Positions 51,179 through 59,100 of a DNA stretch of 64,000 bases are shown here, piece after piece (positions within the stretch are counted from its first letter, which is position 1; every line of letters begins with the position of its first letter). The translations under genes and the position numbers were made by a program. The notes under the pieces were generated by a model, which saw only the letters and a list, made by a program, of their open reading frames with translations, searched no databases and was not told the DNA's origin. Source of the stretch: Dehalococcoidia bacterium (GTDB taxonomy: Bacteria > Chloroflexota > Dehalococcoidia > Plut-88900); NCBI GenBank assembly GCA_965207225.1, contig CBDBLV010000005.1, forward strand, positions 992,001 through 1,056,000. The letters are read 5' to 3'.

Positions 51179-52048
51179 ATGGTAGGCCATGATGAGCCCG
51201 GCATGGACGGGTCGAAGGGTGCTGGCGACGGCATGAGCATCCCTCTATCGGATGCCCCCCTATCGGACGAGCCTCTACTGGACCTGCTGGACGCTCTGGT
51301 GAATGACCGGGGCAAGGTGGCTGCGGCCGAGGCCCTGGGGGTGAACTACCGCACTATGGTGACCTGCTATGAGTCTCGTCACGTGTCACGGCGGATGCGA
51401 AGGGCGTTGGCGGAGTTCAGGGACAAGCACGTTGACGGCGGGGATGAGCAGGACGATGAGGCCGGGGACATTGTAGCGAGGGTAACGGCACTGGAAGAAC
51501 GGGTGGCGGCGATGGAGGAAGCGCATGGAGCACTGGTGGAGACCGTCGAGGCCCAGGCGAAGCAGCTGACGGAGTTGCAACGCAATGTTGGAGGATCGGA
51601 GGACGGGGCGGAGGAAGAGAAACGGGAGCCGAGCAAGCCTGATCCGGTCGGTGATGGCGATGGTCGGCGCAGGGAGTGGTGGCCTCCCAGACGGGAGCAC
51701 GGACTACCCGACGCCGGTGTGGTCACGTCGGAGGAACAGCCGGACGAAGGGCACGCCTTCGGCCCGGCTGCCCAGTTGGTGAAGGAGTGGAGGGAGCTTC
51801 GAACCGGGGGTGAAGTTTCAGGAGGTCGGGTTGACCGGGCGAAGGCTGCGGTGCGCCGGTGGGAGTTGGAGATAGCCATGCTCGGCGACTACGGCCTGAC
51901 GCTGCCGCCGGAGACCGAACCCCTGGACGCTTCGCGCAGGGAAGATCACCTGAGGTGGCGGAAAAAGGCGCTGGCAGCGGCCTTGGCGAGAGCAAGGCGG
52001 CTGCGCTGGCTGAGGCGAGCACTCACCCTGGGTCTGCGATGGGGGTAG
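51179..52048 (+). CDS. hypothetical protein (N-terminal HTH-like segment, coiled coil)
   Basis: AAGGAG SD; AAAEALGVNYRT HTH-like; heptad region. Confidence 0.7.
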   Translation: MVGHDEPGMDGSKGAGDGMSIPLSDAPLSDEPLLDLLDALVNDRGKVAAAEALGVNYRTMVTCYESRHVSRRMRRALAEFRDKHVDGGDEQDDEAGDIVARVTALEERVAAMEEAHGALVETVEAQAKQLTELQRNVGGSEDGAEEEKREPSKPDPVGDGDGRRREWWPPRREHGLPDAGVVTSEEQPDEGHAFGPAAQLVKEWRELRTGGEVSGGRVDRAKAAVRRWELEIAMLGDYGLTLPPETEPLDASRREDHLRWRKKALAAALARARRLRWLRRALTLGLRWG

Positions 52049-52259
52049 CCGACTGAAGTAGCTCAAGGCGCCCTTCGCCGTCGGCCAGCGGATCGGACAG
52101 TCCGCGGACAGTCCGCGGTGGACTCGGCTCTTTCCAAGCGATGGACGGAGGTGGTAGAATGCAACTCGTAGAAGAACGCTCTGTTGGAGGAGCCTCGGAG
52201 TGGATGCGCCGGTGTCGGTTGGAGATGGCGCAGGCTCCGGGCCGATTGTCGGGTGAGAT

Positions 52260-52976
52260 ATGACGACGCCAGACACATTCACCAAAACCGCAGAAGTGCA
52301 AGGCGGCTTCCGGCTGCCCGACCCGCCGCAGCGGGAACCGGATGAGATGACGCAGTACGACCAGCTCTTCAAGTACGGCTACTCCCACGCCCTGGCAGTG
52401 CATCTGGGCAACCCGGAGACCACCCTGGTGGAGGCGGACCGCTGGATAGTCGCCAGGCCGGAGTACAACAAGGCCCGCGCCCGGCGCCCCGACCTCTTGG
52501 TGGCCTTTGGTGTTGATCCCGAGGTGTATCGCCGGAGCAACGGGTACATCGTCTCGGAGCAGGGGAAGGCGCCGGACTTCGTGCTTGAGGTGGCGTCGGA
52601 GAGCACCGGAGCAATGGACGTGGGGGCCAAACGGGTGGACTATGCCCGTTTGGGCATACCCGAGTACTGGCGCTTCGACGAGACGGGAGAGTATCACGGG
52701 GCGAGGTTGGCCGGTGACCGGCTGGTGGATGGCCGGTACGAACCCATACCGATAGAGACCGTGTCCGATGGAGTCCTCCAAGGATACAGTGCCGTGTTGG
52801 GCCTGAATCTGCGATGGTCGGATGGTGAGCTGCTGTTCTACGATCCTACCACGGGACGTCCCATCGCCAGCCTGGAAGACGAGCGGCAGGCGCGAGCGGC
52901 CGCCGAGTCCCGCGCCGAGGCCGCCGAAGCCCGTATACGGGAGTTGGAGGAGCGGCTTCGCGGCCAGGGAGGGTAA
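52260..52976 (+). CDS. Uma2 family (PD-(D/E)XK) endonuclease
   Basis: PDL.VAF, PDFVLEVAS.ST...D...K..Y..LGIPEYW.FD; C-terminal AEARAE coil. Confidence 0.9.
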   Translation: MTTPDTFTKTAEVQGGFRLPDPPQREPDEMTQYDQLFKYGYSHALAVHLGNPETTLVEADRWIVARPEYNKARARRPDLLVAFGVDPEVYRRSNGYIVSEQGKAPDFVLEVASESTGAMDVGAKRVDYARLGIPEYWRFDETGEYHGARLAGDRLVDGRYEPIPIETVSDGVLQGYSAVLGLNLRWSDGELLFYDPTTGRPIASLEDERQARAAAESRAEAAEARIRELEERLRGQGG

Positions 52977-53105
52977 ACCTCCGGCTGGCCTGACGATTGA
53001 GAAAATACAGTAAAACCAGGGGGGCACAGAGATGACTAAGGACAGGGAGAATATATCACCGTTGAGAGGTGCGACCTCACCAGGTCGCATCGTAAACGCC
53101 TTCTA

Positions 53106-53117
53106 CCCCCCCCCCCC
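53106..53117 (+). repeat. C12 homopolymer, possible phase-variation tract
   Basis: 12 consecutive C between upstream ATG 53032 and adhesin ATG 53141. Confidence 0.6.
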
Positions 53118-53140
53118 GCATTTCGTGGGGGTTCTCCCTC

Positions 53141-56100
53141 ATGAGGCGCCCTGGGATTGCGCTTCTCGCCCTCGCGCTGCTGGCGGTGGTGTTCGCGGCG
53201 ACGCCGGCGGAGCAGGCTAACGCGCAGACACCGCAGACCTTCGTCGCCAACACCGGCCAGTTAGACGGAGCCAGTGTATCTCTGGGCAATGATTACGCCC
53301 AGGCGTTCACGACCGGCAGCAGCAGCGCGGGCTACAGCCTGACCAGCGTCGGCGTGGAATTCGCCGCTATCGCCAGCGGCTTCAGCTCTTCGTCCCTCAC
53401 CGCCAGCATCCACGCCGACTCCGGCGGGTCTCCGGGCAACTCGCTGGGGACCCTGACCAACCCCGCCAGCTTTCCCGTCTCCAGTTCGGACCAGACGCTG
53501 ACCTTCACCAGCAGCGCGGGCATCGACCTTGCGGCGAAGACCACGTACTTCCTGGTGATCGATCTAAGCAGTGCCGAGTCTGCTTCGTTGATGCGCCTAA
53601 CGGGTTCGGACAGCGAGGACGGCGGAGGCCAGGCCGGCTGGAGCATCGGCGACGGTTTCTCGAGACGAGCGTGGAACACAACGGGCGCGTGGAGCACCTT
53701 CGCCTCGTCAATGAAACTCAGCCTCGGCGGCGTCAGCAAGCCTTTCCTGGTTTCGAACTTCGGGCAGGCGAACGGCGGCACCGGCAACTTCGTACAGCAC
53801 GACCACGCGCAGGCGTTCACGACGGGCGCCAACGCCGGCGGGTACACCCTGACGGGCGTCGACTTCTCGTTTCCGCAAATCAACGACGGCGCGCTGGCGG
53901 GGAAGCTGACTGCCGAGATCAGAAGCGACAGCAGCGGAGCGCCGGGCGCGGTGGTCGCCACCCTGACCAAGCCCGGCACGATCGCCGCGGGCACGAACAG
54001 CTTCACGCACTCGGGCGTGGCGCTCGCGGCGAACACCACGTACTGGGCGGTGCTGGACGTCACGCTGGTCCTGTTGCCCGGCGCCAACACCATCCAGAAC
54101 ACCGCGTCGGACGCCGAGGACGCCGGCGGCGCGGACGGCTGGACCATCGCCGACGACGGCCACTACCGGACCTGGAACACCTCGGGCGCCTGGACCTCGT
54201 TCAGCCAGTCCCGCAAGATGACCATCCACGGCACGGCCGTCGAGACGGTCGAGACGGAGACCTTCGTCGCCAACACCGGCCAGGCGGACGGAGGCACCTC
54301 ATTTCTGGGCAATGACTTCCACCAGGCGTTCACCAGCGGCTCCAACAGCTTCGGCTACACCCTGCACAGCGTCGACGTGGAGTTCTCCACCATCGACAGC
54401 GCCTTCAGCTCCTCGGCGCTGACCGCCAGCATCCACGCCGCCTCCGGCGGGTCTCCGGGCAGCTCGCTGGGGACCCTGACCAACCCCGCCAGCTTCCCCG
54501 CCTCCACCTCGGACCAGACGCTGACCTTCACCAGCAGCGCGGGCATCGACCTTGAGGGGAGCGCCACCTACTTCCTCGTGATCGACATGGACGCTGGCCA
54601 GAGTTCTTCGAGGGTACGCCTGACGGGTTCGGACGCCGAGGACGGCGGGGGCCTGGCCGGCTGGAGCATCGCCGACGGCGCTGGGACGAGAACGGCTTCC
54701 TCGACGGGCGCGTGGACCCCCAACGTATCGTCACTGAAGATCAGCCTCGACGGCGTCAGCAAGCCGCGGCCGTCGAGGGTGAGCATCCTTGGCGGCGGCG
54801 CCGTCACCGAGGGCGTCAGCGCCAGCTTCACGCTGACGGCGGTCCCGGCGCCCACGGCGGACCTGCCGGTGAGCGTGACGGTGGCCACGACCGGGGACTT
54901 CGGGTACGGGACCCTGCCCACCAGCGTCACCATCCCGGACTCGGGCACCGCGACGCTGGAGATCCCCACCACCGGCGACGACGTGGACGAAGCCCACGGC
55001 TCGGTCACGGTGACGCTGGTGGACGGGTCGGACTACGACCTGGCCACGTCGCTGGGGACGGCGACGGTCCGGGTGCGGGACGACGACCCGGCGCTGGTGA
55101 AGAACACCGGCCAGTCGAGCGGCCTGGTGCAGGGCCTGCACGTGGACCTGGCGCAGGGTTTCGACACCGGCGGCAACCCCTCGGGGTACACCCTGACCAG
55201 CGTGGACGTGGCCTTCAACCGGTCCACCGAGGACTTCGGCTCCAAGCTGACGGTCACCGTCCACAAAGGTGCCAACGGGGCTCCCGGCACGGTCGTGGGG
55301 ACCCTGGCCAATCCCGCCTTCGTGAACCGGCAGGCCGGCACGTACAGCTTCACGCACCCGGGCGTCGCGCTCGAGGCGGACACCCGCTACTGGGTCGTGC
55401 TGGACGCAGCCGGACTCACGGAAGGCAACAGCCAGGTGAAGTTCACGCAGAGCAACTCCGAGGACGAGGGCGCGGCGCCCGGCTGGAGCATCAACAACGA
55501 CGCTCGCATCCGCGCGCAGGGGGGCGGCAACTGGATCACCCTGGTCGGCGGCTCCACTCTGTCGATGGGAGTCAACGGCCGGCTGCTGCCCCACGCGGAC
55601 GGTTCCTACACCGTGCCCTTCGACTGGCCGCTGAAGCCGCTCGGTCTGGGCGCGGGCGAGACGTTCCGGCTGCTGTTCATGACCGAAGACCACCGCGACG
55701 CCACCGCCGCCGACATCGGCGTCTACGACGCCCACGTGCGGGAGGCGGCCCGCGACGGGCACGCCGCCGTCCGGCGCTACGCCGACCACTTCCGGGTGGT
55801 GGGCTCCACCGCCGCGGTGGACGCCCGGGACCACACCCGGACCAACCCCAACAACGCCGGGCACACGGACGCGGAGGTCTGGTGGCTGAACGGCGAGCGC
55901 GTCGCGGCGAACAACGCCGGCTTCTGGTCCGACACCTGGGAGAACTGGGCGATGGCGGACCGGCGCTTCGAGAGCGGCGAGAGGAGCACCTCGAACGACT
56001 GGCCGTGGACGGGCACCAGGACCGACGGTGCGAAGGAGGCGAACCCTCTGGGCGCCAGCAACGCCCGGCGGGGACGGTTCTCGACCACCGACGCGGACAC

Positions 56101-59100
56101 CGGCCCCATCAGCTACAACACCATCGCGAGCACCCAGGACCACGCGTTCTACGGCATCTCGCCCCTGTTCCGGGTGGAGCCCACGCCGGTGAACGCGCCG
56201 CCCGGTGAGCCGGCGGTGATGAGCAACCTGGGCCAGGCGGACGGCGCGGCGTTGACCGTGACGACTGCCAGTACCGTACGTGACCGCGCGCAGTCGTTCA
56301 CGACGGGCAAGAACGGCGGCCACTACCGCCTCAACAGCGTCGACGTCGAGTTTGCCGAGATCGGCGACTCCAACGCCGCCCGTGATCTGAGGGTACAGAT
56401 CTGGGCCGGCTCCGGCGGCTCGCCGGGCAGTACCGCCGCCGACGTCCTGGCCGACCTGGCGCGCCCCTCCATGCCGGTGGGCAGCGCCGATCGGACCTTC
56501 ACCTTCACCTACCAGGGCGACGACGGTTCGGGGCTGCGGCTGGAGCCGAACACCACCTACTGGGTGTACGTATACGACGCGTCCGTGCAGCCCAACAGCA
56601 CGTACACCCTTCGCGCCACCGCGTCGAACTCCGAGCGCCTGCGGGGCCTGCGCCTGCCCGAGGGCTGGAGCATCGGCGACGGCCACAGTTCCTGGTCGCT
56701 CTACCCCAACCCCGCCGTCTCCTGGAGCACCCACTCCGAGGCGCTCAAGATCGGCCTGAACCTGGGGGCCGCCGACGCCTTCGTGCAGTTCCGCACCTGC
56801 GCGGGCACGGTGTCGGGCAACACGTGCTCGACGGGCTGGGTGATCGCCAACTACAACAGGCACGACCCGCCGCCGACGATCACGCTGACCGAGGGCGGCC
56901 CGGCGGTGACCTACCAGTGGCAGGCGGTGGACCCCCACGAGCGCCGGCACTTCTACGTCGCCAGCCAGGTGGGTGAGCCGCTCAGCCACCACGGCGGCTA
57001 CATCGGGCCGGGCAAACCGGACCGGGACCGGCTGATGTGCCACACCGGGAGCCGCAGCCCCTACAACCTGGGCGACCCCATCGTCGAAGGGCTTGGCCGG
57101 GATGGGATTCATTTCGGCTACGGCAGCACCGCCGGCCCGCTGCTGGACCGGCACGACGGCTGCCCCTTCTCGTCGCAGTCCGTCTACGAGAGCGACGCCA
57201 ACAAGTGGCGTCCGGTGAGCCTCGCCGCGGGGCAGGACAGCGACGCCTTCGACCACGGGACGTTCCTGATCCACCGGCCCCACGCCGTCGGCCACAACTT
57301 CTATGAAAATGGCGTGCTGTACCAGGTGGGAGGCTTCGACTACCCCGAGGTGCAGGTGCCGCTCATCATCAGGGACGACGACGAGTGGGAGCAGACCCTG
57401 GAGTTCTCCATCGACGACGGGACCACCTGGACGTCCATCGAGGACGGCGGGCTCAATCTGGCCTTCCCGGCCTCGCTGAACACGGGGCGCAAGGCGCACT
57501 ACTTCTGGGTGCGGACGAAGAACGACCCGCCGGCGGACCAGGACAAGCGCTTCTCCATCAGCGCCGACTTCGCCGAGCCGCTGTTGCGGAGCGGCACGTC
57601 GGAGTACTTCCGGTCCCACCGGGTCTGGTTCACCAGCCCCGCCGCCTCGCACCTGCACACCTTCAGAACTGACTCTGCCGTCAGCGCCGGCTCGGTCACG
57701 GTCAGCCGCACGCCGGTCCAGGTCGACGTCCACGTCGGCGCCAACGTGGTCGGCAACGTGACCTTCCAGGTCGAGGGCTACAAGCTGTACGAGCGCAGCG
57801 ACAACCAGATCTCGACGGAGACGCCGCCGAAGACGGTGCGCACCGACAGCTTCAGCTTCCACCGCACGCTGGGCTCCTGCGTGGGCTGCCAGCGGCTGCT
57901 GGGCGACCTGCCGGACCCGGTGGTGGAGCGCGTGGGCGACCTGAGCTACGCCAACCTGTCCGACACGGGCATCGACCTGAGCTGGCCTCAGGTGGTCGGC
58001 GCCGAGGGCTACGAGGTGCGCTACTGGTCCACCACGTCGCCCTTCCCCGGCGTCCCGGCCGACGAGGCCTGGTTCGGGGCCGAGCCCAACGACCCGGCCT
58101 GGAACATCCGCCACCTGGAGCCGGACACCGAGTACCGGGCGGTGGTCTACTACGCCGACCACGGCGCGACGCAGCTGAGCACCGCCAGCCCGGTGATTCG
58201 CTTCACCACGCTTGCGGCGGGCTCGCCGGTGGAGGCGGAGCCCACGTCGGTCATCGTGGAGCGTGTGCCCGAGGTGTCGATCAGCGCCGCCGGCGGCACC
58301 ATCACCGAGGGCGAGGACGCGGTCTACACGGTCACCGTGAACCCCGCGCCCGACGCGCCGCTGGACGTCAGGGTGGGCGTGGCCGGCCCCGGCTCCGTGG
58401 TCGCCGCCCAGCACCTGGGCGAGCGCACGGTCAACGTGCCCACCGGCGGCAGCGTCTCGTTCACCATCCCCACCGTCGACGACACCGGTTGGGGCTCCAA
58501 CGGGATGCTCGGCGCGACGGTGCAGTTCGGCGAGGGCTACCGGCTGAACAGGTTCAGGAGCTACGCCTCGGTCTATATCGCCAACAACGACCTGCCGCCG
58601 CCGCCGCCGGTGCAGCTCAAGCGCGTCTCCGACACCACGGCGACCGTCGCCTGGAAGCCGCAGGGGGACGGCGCGTCCTACCTGGTCGTCTGGCACGAGA
58701 GCTTCACGGGCGTCCCGGTCCTGACGGAAGTCACGACCACCGCCACCGAGCACCAGCTCACCGGCCTCGACCCGCAGTCGCACTACGTGGTCTCCGTCCT
58801 TCACGGGACGACCCAGCTGGACAAGATCACCGTGCGGACCCTGGCCGCCGGCGCGACGCCGAAGACCTTCACGGTGGACTTCGAGACGCCCGCGCCCAAC
58901 ACGTCCGTGCCGCTGATCAGCGTGACCGCCGACGGCAACGTGACCGAGGGCGGGGACGCGACCTTCACGGTCAGCGCCAACCCGGCCCCGGCTGCGGACC
59001 TGGACGTGAGCGTCACGGTGTCGCAGAGCGACGACTCCGGGATATCCATGGAACATCGGACGGTGACCATCCCGTCGGCGGGCTACGCCGCGCTGACGGT

